A stretch of DNA of 62,976 nucleotides, the filler included, from Neolecta irregularis DAH-3 (taxonomy: Eukaryota): assembly GCA_001929475.1 (NCBI GenBank). It is 8 parts of 8 records of this genome, joined end to end, with 100 filler letters (N's around TTAATTAATTAA, not from the genome) between each part and the next. Parts side by side here need not be neighbours in the genome. Positions count along the whole stretch, not along the records: positions 19,286 to 34,376 come from LXFE01000631.1; positions 34,477 to 49,148 come from LXFE01000632.1; 6 more parts are not named here. One strand, given 5' to 3'. Under the pieces are notes generated by a model, which worked only from the letters and a program-made list of their open reading frames with translations, was not told the origin of the DNA and did no database searches. The position numbers and the translations under genes were made by a program. Of this stretch, positions 22,472 through 35,135 are shown one piece after another (position 1 is the stretch's first letter; every line of letters begins with the position of its first letter).

Positions 22472-23095
22472 ATGTTATGCCGCTCTGCAATCCTTCGCGT
22501 GCCCTTTAGGAGAGGCTATGCGACTGTTACTGATACACTTGCATTGACTTTATCCGTTCCCCATAAAGTACACCGTCCCGTTGGTGTAATATCTAATAAT
22601 GCAGGCGCTATTTAACGCTACAGCTGTGTAATTTGAACCTTTGTGAAAAAGCTTAGCGGAAAGACAACAAGTTAATCTACCTGGGACGAGCGGAGATATG
22701 GGGATTCTTGCAAACCACGTTGCTTGTATCGAACAACTGAAGCCTGGCGTCGTTGAAATTATCGGGGAAGATAATTCGGTTCAGAAATATTTTGGTAAGT
22801 TCTGTTATATCTATTTTCTTATCTCATACACATCATTCCATTCTGATTTATTTCTTACCTCCTATAATTTAAACTTACTCTATTAGTTTCTGGGGGATTC
22901 GCAGTCGTCCAGCCAAACAGCATTTTGAATATCAACGCAATCGAAGCCTCTCCGCTCGAAGATTTCAATCCTGAAACAGTACAAAAATATTTGGCTGATG
23001 CTGAGCGATCTTTGAGTTCTGGGAATGAAGAAGAGAAGTTAGTAGCCGAAGTTGAAGTTGAAGTATTGAATGCGCTTAGTGCGAGTTTGAAGTGA
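22472..23095 (+). CDS. atp16: Mitochondrial ATP synthase F1 delta subunit
   Basis: Presequence MLCRSAILRVPFRRGYA; QVNLPGTSGDMGILANHVACIEQLKPGVVEI; SGGFAVVQPNS.LNINAIEA. Confidence 0.95.
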
Positions 23096-24216
23096 AAGAT
23101 ATGGCTCAATCAAAGTGGTTAAATTCGATCATCCGACAATCATCCGCTTATTTTTTGATTTTAAAGAATACATGGACCAGATCTTGGGTGTATACCTCAT
23201 CATGCCACAAGAATCACCCTTTCGACGCTCTCGTTACTGTTGCGAGTTTATTACACCTTACGGCATAAAAGCCAGTTTCCTAACAAGTCGCCTACTAATA
23301 ACCATTCGGCCATCCCTTACAGGAAGATTCCTCTTCGAATTCCTTGTCTGTTTGCTAGAATCAGAAAACTGGTTGGAGATCCGACTGTAATATAACCCAG
23401 GCCGATTAGAGCGAGCAAATTTCTCTTAGCTCATAACAATCGCAAGACCAAGCGTGCTCCCCTTATTGCAAATGATCCCTGGCCTGAACCGCCTTACCCT
23501 AACACAACTATAATTCACAAATCCAAGTAGGAAGTTTATCACTCTCCTTTCCTCCTTTCTCATCGCTTTCACTCTTCATGCAGGCTTGACTAAGTTTACA
23601 CTCATTTCCGCGATGACATTATGAATGAACTCAATGTCGCTATTGTGAATAACCAGTAGTTTCTCTCAAAAGATGGATCTATCGCTGATCTTCAATTAAT
23701 AGAGGGTAACCTTCTGGCCTTAGTGAACACCCCCTTGTTTGGCTTGTGGGTTGCCAAAGATAAGTCTCATGACGATAACCGTATCTTAATGCCATACAAA
23801 GATTGATGTAAATAGATTATTGAGACCCGAGGGAGGCCAGACTTCTCCAACTCTGCTGTTAACCCACAAGCAGGGTTTTATGTTCAAACTAGTTGACATT
23901 TTATTTTCCAGTTGTGTATATGAATGCCATAGTTTTTCGTATTCGTGGACCAGTCGGTATCAAACAGATTCCGGGGTGAGGCTATATTCTTAGCTTGAGA
24001 ATTGACACGATAAGCACGTTTATATGGCAATTCTCTATAGACGAGTCTGCATATTTCCTCACGGAAAGGATCAGCTAGCTTTTAGACTTAAATTACGAAA
24101 TTATGCAAGAGACATGCCAGTCTATCATTTGGTCTGGGATATCTTCAAAAATACTCAAGCCAGAAATACTACAAATATTCAAAGTTGCCTCTTCCCCGAT
24201 ATCTGCCTATGCCACA

Positions 24217-26110
24217 ATGTCAACATGGGGTTCGCGAGGTTCGATTACAGCACTAAACAGCTGCTTGTTGATATTCCCTTTGGTTAGTACTCTTCTTCAA
24301 GCGGATTGTGTTGAGACCAATAGGTACTTTTCGTTTGGGTTGTGTACCAAACGTATCTCAGTCCGGTTTCAAAATTTCCAGGACCATTTTGGGCAAAAGT
24401 CAGCCCAATATGGCATTTGTACCATACTGTTACTGGTGAACGTCACAAAAGATTTAGAAATCTGCATCAGAAGTATGGTAAGCGAAGCTTCACAATTATC
24501 AATTTCCTCACTTTAAAGGTGATATCGTCCGCGTGGGCATTAAAGATTTGTCAATATGCCATATAGAAGCTCAGAAAGGTACTTGACTGACAGCAAGATT
24601 CAACTCTCTGAAACTCAGATATTTACGGAATCGCTTCGCCTTTTATTAAGTCAGCTGGCTATTGCGCTCTCCGCATAGACGGTAAGTCCTCAACAATCTT
24701 TGATGAAACAGATCCACCTGCTCATATTATTCTAAAAAAGCAATTAGCTCCCGCATTTTCATCCAGGGCACTCGATTCTATGGAAGTCTACGTCAACAAT
24801 AATATCAATGTTTTCTGTGATAGTATACGGAAATTTGGAAATAATGGAGAATTGATATTAGTACATGTACACTTTTATGGTAATCTGACAGACAGGATAT
24901 GACCAAGTGGACCAAATTTTTGATGTTTGATATCCTTGGTGACCTTTGCTTCGGAAAGCCATTCGGAATGCTCAAAGATGGTGTGGAAATGTCGATTGTT
25001 GAATGTGTCGATGGGACCCTCTTTTTTGCTTCAGTTGTATGCCACCAAATCGGCGTGTGCTCAAGGAGATAGCTTTTGGCCTGCCCGAATTTGTCGCCGC
25101 TTCGTCAGTACCTTCCAAAAAGATTCTTGGACATCAGAATGCAAATGGCTTCTGTATTAAAAATTTATTCATAGATCAGGTTTAACTGGTTAGGAAACAC
25201 GGAAAAAGATAAGTGACCGAAATGAAAATCCAAGTGATCGGAAGGACTTCTTTTACTATCTTGCGGAAATTGAACGCCTGAATGAGTCTACTGAGGACGC
25301 TCGTGGTCAGACACATACCACTTGTGAGCATATAATGTATGTAGATAAGCCCCCGAAGACTGTTGATTGACGTTGCAGAATTGCCGGAACCGATACGACT
25401 TCATGTATAAATAATCCTTCTAAGTCGAATATTCAGGAACCTGACTTCCATAGCTGTTTTTAACGCAGCCGTCTACCTTCTTGCTACACATTCCTCAGTT
25501 CGCGAGAAGCTTTACAATGAATTAAAGGTAATTTTCCCTAATCGAACTTCCAAAATCAGAAACAGCGATACAATGATGTTGACATACTTAAATGCGGTGA
25601 TCGAAGAGACAATGAGATTATACCCCGCAATTCTTGGCCAGCTTCCCCGAATCTCACATAAAGAAGCCATTGTTGCCGGCCAGACCATCCCGGCAAACTA
25701 CACCGTCTCAATTGCAACATATGCCATCTTCAGGGATCCACGATATTTTACAGAACCAGAAAATTTTATTCCAGAACGGTGGATTGATAAAAGATTTGAA
25801 CGAGACCAAACTCTCGGAAAGCTTGCTCAGTGAGGAGACATTTTTAAACTGTTAAGCCTTTAGACAACCTTTCTCACTTGGCCCCAGAGGCTGTTTAGGA
25901 CGCAGGTACAACCCGTCGCTTGCAATAAAGTTGCTAATTTGCAGTATGGCGTATATGGAAATCCGCCTGGCACTCACACAGTTTGTGTTGCAATTTAAAC
26001 CAGCGTTAGTGGATCCAAATTTTCAGTACGAAACCAAAGATCATTTTGCTGCTTTTAAGCCGTCATTATTTGTGAAATGTTATCCAGTAAAAGAAGAAAT
26101 TTTGTCTTGA
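24217..26110 (+). CDS. Cytochrome P450 monooxygenase, multi-exon
   Basis: SPVSKFPGP, I-helix AGTDTT, EETMR (ExxR), FIPERW, heme motif PFSLGPRGCLGR. Confidence 0.92.
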
Positions 26111-26648
26111 GAAATATGCATTTGGCCAAGCTAAGACTGTAAAGCCAGCAAGAAAGTGAGATAGTATGGTAATTTTGTGAAGTATTTACATACAGTCGAA
26201 CCTGCTTATAACGAATGTGGCGTTCAAGGGTGTTATTACAGAGATCGATTTGAATTCTTTCCAATACACAAGAAGCAACAATAGCAGTTAATGGTGCTCA
26301 GGCTTTGCTCTGGGCATTCATCTGACATACAAGGCAGTGAGGGATTAGCCAATCCCCATCTTCTTTAGTAATCCTATATATCCACTTATTAACCTCATTG
26401 AAGGTCTTATTATATACCACCATGGCATATATCCAGGTGTGACTTTCAAATACATGAGTATGCGTCAGAAGTAGAAACAGCCCTTCTATCTTCAGTTGCA
26501 CCCTTATTGGTTGTAGCCTTGGGGAATACATTTGAATTCTCATAGCAACAGATATGATGGGGGGATGAAATTGAGAATGTTGGTAGATCTTATGAGCATG
26601 TGTGATGAATTTGGTGGTGAGGCTGGACGATTCCACAGGTGGGGGTCA

Positions 26649-27290
26649 TTAATTAATATAACGCGCCCATCTCGCGCATCTCGTGAGCCTTGCCCACCTC
26701 ACGCGCATNNNNNNNNNNTCATTAATTAATATAACGCGCCCATCTCGCGCATCTCGTGAGCCTTGCCCACCTCACGCGCATTGCCCGCCCGTCTCGCCGG
26801 CCTCTCGCTTGCCCGTCCCGCCCGCCACTCCCGTCCCTCCCGCCTCTCCTGTCTCGCCCGTCTCACTCTCCCATCTGTCCTGCCCTTGTCCGCCTGCCTC
26901 TCATGCCTCACCCTCCCGCCTCGCATGCCTCTCCCGCTCGCCTGCCTCTCGCACCTTTCCGGCCTCACGCGCCTATCTCGCCTCGCGCGGCTGCGCACCG
27001 CCAGACCGTTAAGGATTAGGTTCAACAACTTATGCTTGCCCTCCGTCCAATGCACCCGCCCGCTGTCCTCCTGCTGCTCCTCCAGCCGCTGCGGCGCTGC
27101 CCCTGCGCGCTGAGTACTTCCCCTTCTGCCCCACGCAAAACACGTCCATCGAAAATGCCGCATTCTCCGTCTTCCCGTCTGCGCCTGCATTGCCCAGGCC
27201 TTTGCGACCATCTAGGGCCCGCATGCTGGTGCTACACCCTGTTTCCCGCCCTGCGCAGCCCATTTGAAGATTTCTCCCTGCCATGTCCTG
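26649..27290. repeat. GC/pyrimidine-rich low-complexity TE remnant related to the family A core
   Basis: CCCATCTCGCGCATCTCG and CCCGCCTC motifs shared with 4460-4680 and 39010-39250; spurious ORFs in several frames. Confidence 0.6.
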
Positions 27291-27896
27291 TAAAAATAAA
27301 TGTCATCTCTTGCAAATTTGAAGCCTTTTCCACCGTCCCAAATCGTAGCTCCACCACTCCGCAATTCCAAACTCTAACGAGTTAAATTGCACTTTGATCG
27401 GCCTTAGTGCGTTGAGAATTGCAATGCAATTTCCGTACAAATATTTCATTGCGCAATACGCCCTCGTCCATTCTATGAACACTATCCAAAATCCCTGCCA
27501 TTGTATAAAGTCTCTTAAACATTCCAAGGCAAAAAGAAAAAGTCCATATAGAGGGGTAAGCAATAACAGTTTCGCTGAGAATGGTCAACTAGGACATGAA
27601 CTGAGCTTTTGTCCAAACAGCGGACTCAGTTAGACCTAGTAGAAGTAAAATTAACCTCAATTCTCAATGGAGGGAAGAAAGACACTACAAAGAAAACAGA
27701 ACATCTAGGAACATTTTCCGTAATCCGAGCGAAAATGTATGTGTCTCAATATAAACCCCACATCAAAAGAGCGCCAAATCTAGCAACCAATGCGTTCAAT
27801 ATATCAGATGAGCCAACATTGTCAATTTCAAGATTCAAACTCAGATAAACATTGAAGTGCCTGACCACAAATAACTCCACAACCATAAGTAATCTG

Positions 27897-30480
27897 TTAC
27901 ATAATTTGACATTCGTCCGCTGTATGCTCTTCGCCATCGGAATCAACGATCCGACGATCGCCCATGCGCGCGGCAATGGCCTGCATCAGAGTTCTATGTT
28001 AGTTCAATTTTATCCTTAAAAGCAATTACCGTGCTGAAATTGTGTCCTGCAAACCCTGCTGTTTCGTCATTTCGTTGCGAGCTATAATCTTGTATTCATC
28101 AACGACCCGCTGACGACTAGCGATATGTTCTGGTTTTGGATTTGGAGAGAAAATCTTTACCGTATTGTCGATTCCGCTGACAGCAAGAGTGGGATGTGAC
28201 GGATGGCCTTCAACTACATTTACGACATCGTCGTCTCCCTGTAATATTTGAACGATTTTACTGGTATCTCGGTCCCCTGGGGTTAAGCACACAAGGTCAA
28301 ACAAGTTATTTCGTACAGATGAACAAGTTCCCACAATCAGAACCGCTCACTACATATTCATCTCGGAGCCCGTAAAAGTTTACATCCTTAGGTCAATCTT
28401 GAATTGTCAAAAGAAAAGCATACCTTGACAGTCTGTGTGTTCGCATGTCCTTTGTATCCTCTGATATGTGAAACTACAGGGATATCTTTCTCGATGTTAT
28501 TGGTATTATTATTACGATTATCGTCACTGTCTTCCTCGTGATCTTCATCTGAAGACGGTATGTTGTATTCCTCTTCACTATCGCCAAAAGACTCGCTTCC
28601 TCGTTCATTCCAAGCGATATTGACAAAGTCAAACTCAATGCCCTCGCCTTCGATCAATAATAAAGATCGGGCGACATTCACCCAGAATGTCCGAGCCGTT
28701 GAAGATAATGGTAGCTGAACAGCTGATCTTAATGCCGAGATCATCGACGATATCGAAGGAAAGATTTGATGGGAAAAATCATCTGGATGCGTAATGGGGC
28801 TATCTGGATTTCGAGGAGGAATCTCTGGGATATCCGGAGAATGAGAAGAGAGATATTCGACAATGTAAAAGACCACGTTGTAAGGCCATTCCCAGTTGCT
28901 TTCTAGAACGCAGTGCTGAATCGTATCTGAACCTTCCACTTCGGCTTCGCCTTCCACATTATCAGTAGATACATATGCGACCGCTCCAACAGCTTTGACG
29001 AATCGTAATGCCATGCTTCGTTGGAGAGAATATTCAGGGTTGAGAGTTGTATTATTTTCTAGCGAATAAACCATCGCCTCAACCAAACACTCTGCTTGAT
29101 TCGCAGCATTGTGCAAGTTATCCTCAGTCGGGCTCATACGGAAGAATTCTCGACGAATGAGAACGAGCTGTTTTGCCAGTCGTTGAAGCCGAGGGGGAGG
29201 TGTAACTGTTGTGGAACGGAGAAATTGATCACGATTTGACTCTGGAGGATCTTGTAGTTCATTCGAACGTTTCCTTTTTTTAGGCGATGTTCCGTTAACC
29301 GTTTTGATTTTTGAACTAGAGGAGAAATTCTTAACAACTTTTTCTTCGGGAGATTTGTGCATGTCGAATAAATAAATGTCTTCTGCACTCCACGATCCAA
29401 GAAACTATAATATGAGCCGTTTGTGGAAAGAAATATTTCGAATACTTGATTGGGCTTCTCATCGGAAAACTTGCATGCTGTAATATGCGGGCTTCTTCTT
29501 GCGGATGTTTCTCTTCCGCTTGGACAAAATCGGCGGACGCATTGCGTTGACTGGTTGACCAAGGGTAGTTGTCCCCATTCCTGTTGAAGTCTTCGGCCGA
29601 GCATTCGACGATCATGTAACAATACATATGACGAGGTCCCACCAATAATGAGATATTGCGGTTGATGAATTGACATGGACAAGGAATGGATTTCTGCAAT
29701 ATTAGTTACAAATATTGTCATGATCATACCAAATCTATTTTTGCTGTAATCAATTAACACTGTTCCAGAATTTCCATCTTGACGGAGATCAAAGTATCGT
29801 ACGGTTCCTTCAATTCAGAGGGGTGTAGGCAATCGCACGTACCATCTTCCGAACAAGCGAGAAAACAATGTGGCGAGTCTTCAGTTACGATCCGTTTCGC
29901 TCGATCTTGGAAACCTGTGTATGTGTGTCGAACTGCGTCCGGCTGATATATCCTTTTCGTTCCGTCAGTATAGTCAACGTCAAACACTCGGATTTGATGA
30001 TCTCCAGCGGCGGAAACGATTGTCGAATTGGAAGTATGCGGCATGAATTTGACCTAGGATTCAGTGGGATCAAACGCGATTTCTCTCACGGAAAATATAT
30101 TTGCAGAGTGAGCCGTATGAATGACCTTTGTTTTCCGATATTCCTGTTCAGTCGACCATATGATAATGCGTTTATCATCGCTTCCAGAGGCCAATAAATC
30201 GCCATCTTTTGACCAGCTGGTGAATTAGCATGCGACTCTTATTAAGGAACACTAACGTCAGTGCGTTGACACAGCCCAGGTGGCCTTTCAGTTCCTTGCG
30301 ATCAGCCGGACTTTCGGCACATTTTGTGTACTGATTGGATATCGAGCTTCTCAACCCACGCTTTTGAACCATACAGAGATTTCTCTACAGCTCCTTAGCA
30401 AATGTTTTGATGTGAAGAATACTAAACGATTTTGCATGGCTTCCCGAGAGTTGGCGGCTGAAGATCTCTTTGTCTATCAT
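27897..30480 (-). CDS. WD40-repeat DCAF (DCAF6/DCAF8, iqw1-like) with C-terminal CaaX
   Basis: LYGSKAWVEKLDI..ELKGHLGCVNAL, YKGHANTQTVKDVNF, LQGDDDVVNVVEGHP.HPTLAVSGIDNTVKIFSP; ends ...DECQIM*. Confidence 0.88.
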
Positions 30481-30830
30481 TGTCGAGTTTAAATTAGAAG
30501 GTTGGATCAGGCCAAGGGGATAGTTGCAACAGAATGATGCGGTCATAGGCTTTTCCCTATTCAAAGGAGAAATACATTGATACTTGTGAGACGGAGAAGA
30601 AGCATGTTGAAAATAAATTCAACAAGGTTTATAATATAACCGGCTTTTTTTGAGTTTCGCATATATTCGATTAAATGGCATCATGCAAATCAAGTTGCGT
30701 GTTGCATTCAACACACCTCACGCCCATAGTAGAATCATTATATAACTCGCATAAATGTTCAACGTCTCACCTCCTGACGGATGTAATCCAGTCTTGGAAA
30801 TACGACCAAAGTTTGTATCTAGTCTAATGT

Positions 30831-31867
30831 TTACATTTTTCGTTTCAAAATCAACAATAAAACCCAGGTCCATTGTCGAAAAACTTCTCTGAAATAAAAC
30901 AAGATAGCCTGGCTCAAAACGGCTTTACTCAACTGGGCTTCTAACCCCTATCCATGAGTTATTTTGATCAAAAACTCAATACCTTGTACCACCCTGAAAT
31001 TCCGTGATGCCTGTAAACTTTTGAAAGGACGTCGATTGCAGAATAATATTTTTCCGATGCATGTTTTTGTGCTTTGGTATGGGATTCGGGTGAAGTTGTA
31101 AGGACTGGAAGGGATGGTTTATGTTGAAGCCGAACTTTGGCCATTATGTACGGATACTGAATGATCAGTTTGGAAACTTGCGGGAATATTCAAGGGGCCC
31201 GTAAAAAATATGAAGGGAAAACTTACGGTAACAACTGTTGCAATAGACTTGCAAAACGCACCCAAGATAAACGCTTGCAAAGGGGTCAACTTTCTCCCGT
31301 CCTTCAATCTTTCGAAAAGGCCATAGGTGATTGCTGGATTGGCCACCAGAACCAAGCTGGGCTTCAAACCGCTCCACAACCCGCTGATCCCGTCTTCATG
31401 AATGATCTCTTTGACAACGGAAGGTAGGCTTGGGGCGGGAATTGTGGTTTGTTGGCGGGTAGTACAAACTGAAACGGGCAGAGTGCATATTTGTGCTGCT
31501 GCTCCAGCAACTGCACCCCATGCGAGTTCGACCAGCGTCGTCGTTGGCGGCCAATACGAATGCAAGAGGTCCGAATAGAAAAAGTAGGTATAATTTGTCG
31601 ATGCAACGCCGAGAAGGCCGCCGAGCATCCCGGCATACAACCCTGCGGGGCCTTCTTCTGCCAAAATTCTGCGCAATCCATGGAGTGTTGACTCCTTTTT
31701 TCCGGAGCGGTCTACCTGCATGCGGGTTTTGAGTCTGGGATATTTCAATGCCATTAATTAAATAGAGCGATATACATGTCGAGGGGATAGACAATGGCAT
31801 TTGCAAAAACAGCGCCGAGGGTTCCTGCAAGCGCATCTGCGTATGCGGGCAAGGGTGGTGCGGCCAT
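30831..31867 (-). CDS. ant1: Peroxisomal adenine nucleotide transporter (SLC25/ANT1-PMP34 family)
   Basis: ALAGTLGAVFANAIVYPLD, LKTRMQV, GLWSGLKPSLVLVANPAITYGLFERLK, GLEAQLSKAVLSQAILF. Confidence 0.88.
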
Positions 31868-31995
31868 GGAAGCTGCGGACAGCGAAATGCGGGGAGAAAC
31901 TGGCACAGCACGTGGATTGCGGACCGATCTATCCATTTTAATGCAGATGTGTACTTATTCATAGTTTACTATTGTACTCCAACGGGCGTTCTAAG

Positions 31996-32078
31996 GTTAA
32001 AAAAGTATATTTCTTCGATCCAGTAGACATTACGTGTTAAATAGGAAAATTTGGATCGAAGAAATATACTTTTTTAAC
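31996..32078. repeat. Perfect 27-bp inverted repeat with 29-nt spacer
   Basis: GTTAAAAAAGTATATTTCTTCGATCCA (31996-32022) / TGGATCGAAGAAATATACTTTTTTAAC (32052-32078). Confidence 0.95.
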
Positions 32079-32391
32079 GAGGGAGCAACGAGGATACATC
32101 TTGGATACAATGATCCATAAATCATGAAATGTATACAACTGAATTGGACCATCATATCCACAGGGATAGGGATATCACGATGAGTAATTCGTACGTTGAT
32201 CTAGTTTGCGTGTAAAATAGCGCCTCAAGGAAAGCTTCGAGGTGCTGAGTGTTTAGCAAACAGTTTAAAGATGAAAAGCCGGTAGCCCAAATATTTTGTA
32301 GATAAGTGCACGAAAAAAACCAAGACGAACATGGGAGACGAGACTCGTCAAATATCAGTTGTCGGGAAAACGCATCGAATTGTTGAAATAT

Positions 32392-33049
32392 TTACTCTTC
32401 AGGAACTAACAGAATCAGTTTTTGTTTTGGGGTATATTTACTCTCAATATCACCCGAATCGATCCCCGCGCAAATATCCATCGGCGCTTTTCCATCAACG
32501 GTACAACCGACACTAAAAGCAGTTCCCAAGATCTCCTTGACGGTCCCTTTCAGCTCCTTGGCGAAACTCTTAAACCTCATAGTTCGTGCAATATCAATAA
32601 TGTCGTCTAGAGAAATATTTCCAGAGTGTACAATATTTTTGTCCTTTTTACGATCGCGAGCGGGTTCCCTGAGCGCTTTGATCACCAGGGATGATGCACT
32701 TGGAACAACGCTAACAGCCGCCTGTCGATTTTGAATCGTGAGTTGTACAGTTACGCGAAGACCTTTCCATTCTGCGGTGGCTTTAGCAATATCTTCTCCG
32801 ACTTTTTTAGGTGACTAGATATGTGAATCACATGAGAAAAAGCAAAATATACCAGTCCCAAGGGACCTATTTTGGGCGCAAGTGAGGCTGTTGAGGCGAG
32901 TTCTCCACCTGTGGTGCGAAGACAGATAACTTTAATTTCCTATGGCTCATCAACATCGGCTTCAAGGGCAAGAAATCGCATAACACACACTGGGATCGAG
33001 CTTTGGCGGCTATCAAAATTAATTGCATGAACGATAAAATCTATACCAT
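32392..33049 (-). CDS. rpl12: 60S ribosomal protein L12 (uL11)
   Basis: [55 protein letters not shown]; several short introns. Confidence 0.97.
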
Positions 33050-33323
33050 TTCTAAAGGTGGAAGAAGTGAGACGGGGTATTGCTTGGTAGTGTAGGTGAT
33101 GTGACTCGCTTTGTTCAGGGTGGGCTACACGGAGGTTAATTAGCGACACTATTCCTCGAAATTAGTGGACATCTACTGCAGTCTTTCGACAAGGATTGCT
33201 GAGCATTTTAGCAGCAGCTCTACTATCTAGAAACGGCTCTTGATTCAGTTGTTCAATAACCATACGCCAGCCTTAGGCATCTCACATACATTTGTAGTGT
33301 AACGGCTCCCCCAATTGATTAAT

Positions 33324-33970
33324 CAGTGTGTACAACTGCCCGACGAAGAAACCTGAACCGCCTGCCGCCGGAGAGTGCTCCGGCGGGCGGTTGGGCGGGT
33401 CGGATAAAAGGAACAGAGGGATAAGGCGTATAGCATAGTATATTGTTTCTAAACTGGGGTTAAGTATAAGCATATATGCTTACCATATTTCTGCTTCTAT
33501 TACTCTATTGTGCTATTTTAATGTGCTGTGTTGTTCTTGCCTTTAGGTTAATTATAGGCCTTTCCATGAGGAGAAATAATAACAAATGAAGAAATGGTCA
33601 GATGGAAATCAATTTATAGTAGCAGTTTTTCTTATTTTAGTGCGTGCGAGATTGCTAACTTCGTATCTGAACCACAAAATGTCATCAGACTCTAAATTGG
33701 CAACTCCTGCTATAAGCGTATACCTCCGCTTACCAATACAGAAGGAAGGCGGCAATTAAATTGTAGTATATAATATAGACAGGCGGTTCATACCTAGCCA
33801 AGTCGCTAATACTTAAGCTAGGTATATCCTGCGGGAAGTCACCAATACTTCGTATCTAGGCCTCGATACCTACACCCGGCAGGTTTTACGGGCCCGCCCG
33901 CTGGAGAACTATTTACCTGCCCGCCTGCAGGAGAGATCTGGCGGGGTCGAGCGGGCGGTTGGACCCACTG
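33324..33970. mobile_element. Non-autonomous hAT-like element (family B), full length
   Basis: TIRs CAGTGTGTACAACTGCCCG / CGGGCGGTTGGACCCACTG (16 of 19 match); degenerate 8-bp TSD TGATTAAT / TGAATAAC; CCGCC subterminal repeats. Confidence 0.75.
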
Positions 33971-34133
33971 TGAATAACTTCCTACATATTCTTCAAATCC
34001 CCCAAATCGCCTCTCCACACTCCAAGAGAAAATATCGCAGAAAGTCATGCATTGTGTTTCTTAATAGGTGTCTTTAATTGGTGTATTACTCGGTTCCTTA
34101 ACAATATATCTTCTTCAAGAAAATAAGCTGGTT

Positions 34134-34205
34134 GGGCGCGTAGCGCAATGGTAGCGCGTCAGATTTCGGTTCTGAAGGCTGTGTGTTCGACTCATACCGT
34201 GCTCG
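34134..34205 (+). tRNA. tRNA-Arg(TCG), intronless
   Basis: GGGCGCG/CGTGCTC acceptor stem, TCAGA-TT-TCG-GT-TCTGA anticodon arm, GTTCGACTC T-loop, T-run terminator. Confidence 0.93.
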
Positions 34206-34269
34206 TATTTTTCATAGTTTGGCAAGTCCATTTAATAAACATCCGCATGATCTTTATGAGGGTGTGTTG

Positions 34270-34376
34270 CACACAGGGTGTAGCTAGATGTTGTAGGCGT
34301 TTATAGGATTATAAACTGTTGATTGGTGAGCGCGGTGGTATTGGCTTTCAGTCTCTTGGGTCGTCAAGACTTAGAA
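34270..34376 (-). mobile_element. Partial LTR (family L2), cut by gap
   Basis: Reverse complement of 54184-54288 (TTCTAAGTCTTGAC...GCTCACCAATCAACA...AACATC.AGCTACA). Confidence 0.7.
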
Positions 34377-34476
34377 NNNNNNNNNNNNNNNNNNNNNNNN
34401 NNNNNNNNNNNNNNNNNNNNTTAATTAATTAANNNNNNNNNNNNNNNNNNNNNNNNNNNNNNNNNNNNNNNNNNNN

Positions 34477-34735
34477 ACTTTGCAGATCGGACGGGATGCA
34501 GTGCTTTGCCGGAGATATGAACGCATCTGTGATAAAGTGAATACTAGTCACTATATTGGATGGAGGCAATAGGGAACCAAAAACAAAATGCATTATCCGG
34601 GATTCTCGCGTGGTCACCCTCCGCAATACTAACCAGACTCTTCCGGGCTTAACTTTGCAGATCGGACGGGATGCAGTGCTTTACCGGAGATATGAACGCA
34701 TCTGTGAAGCACTGGATATACTAGCCACTATATTC
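34477..34735 (+). repeat. Tandem repeat with 175-bp period at contig edge
   Basis: ACTTTGCAGATCGGACGGGATGCAGTGCTTT.CCGGAGATATGAACGCATCTGTGA at 34477 and 34652. Confidence 0.85.
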
Positions 34736-35135
34736 AGTAATTTTTGTGTTAAGATTAAGTTGCATTGTGATAGATTCATACGTGGGATCACCTCTACATT
34801 ACAAAGGTAGATTTCAACTTCTATGGTGTTATTTATTTCGCCCAAAGCTGATTAATTTCCAGAGTGTCTTCTGGGATCATTTTGATCCAATTTTTAAGCT
34901 TATCCATAGAGTCAGGCCAATAGGCCAAAAAACCATGTTTGCAGAAAGTTATTTCAGAGTTATTTCAGAATTTACATTTTTAAAATCGCGCTTTCATCCC
35001 CCTTTAAAGAAACCTGTCTTACAATTACGCGATCTTGACATATTTAAAAAAAAGTCTTTCCATGATTCTTGAAAAGGTATTGAACCTGCAGTAATAGCTA
35101 AATTTTATGAGTTGCGCTGCGTCCACGACGATGTA

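Noticed and set aside
26649-26770. Direct repeat around the 10-N gap
   Set aside because: Most likely an unmerged contig overlap
26683-27385. Multiple overlapping Pro/Ala/Arg-rich ORFs (also 4464-4921 and 57536-58400)
   Set aside because: Low-complexity GC-rich TE remnants lacking stop codons by composition
23115-27590. Possible protein-kinase relics (DHPTIIRLF at about 23127; AMKYLY...LRP at about 27400-27460)
   Set aside because: Too short and degenerate to support without a search
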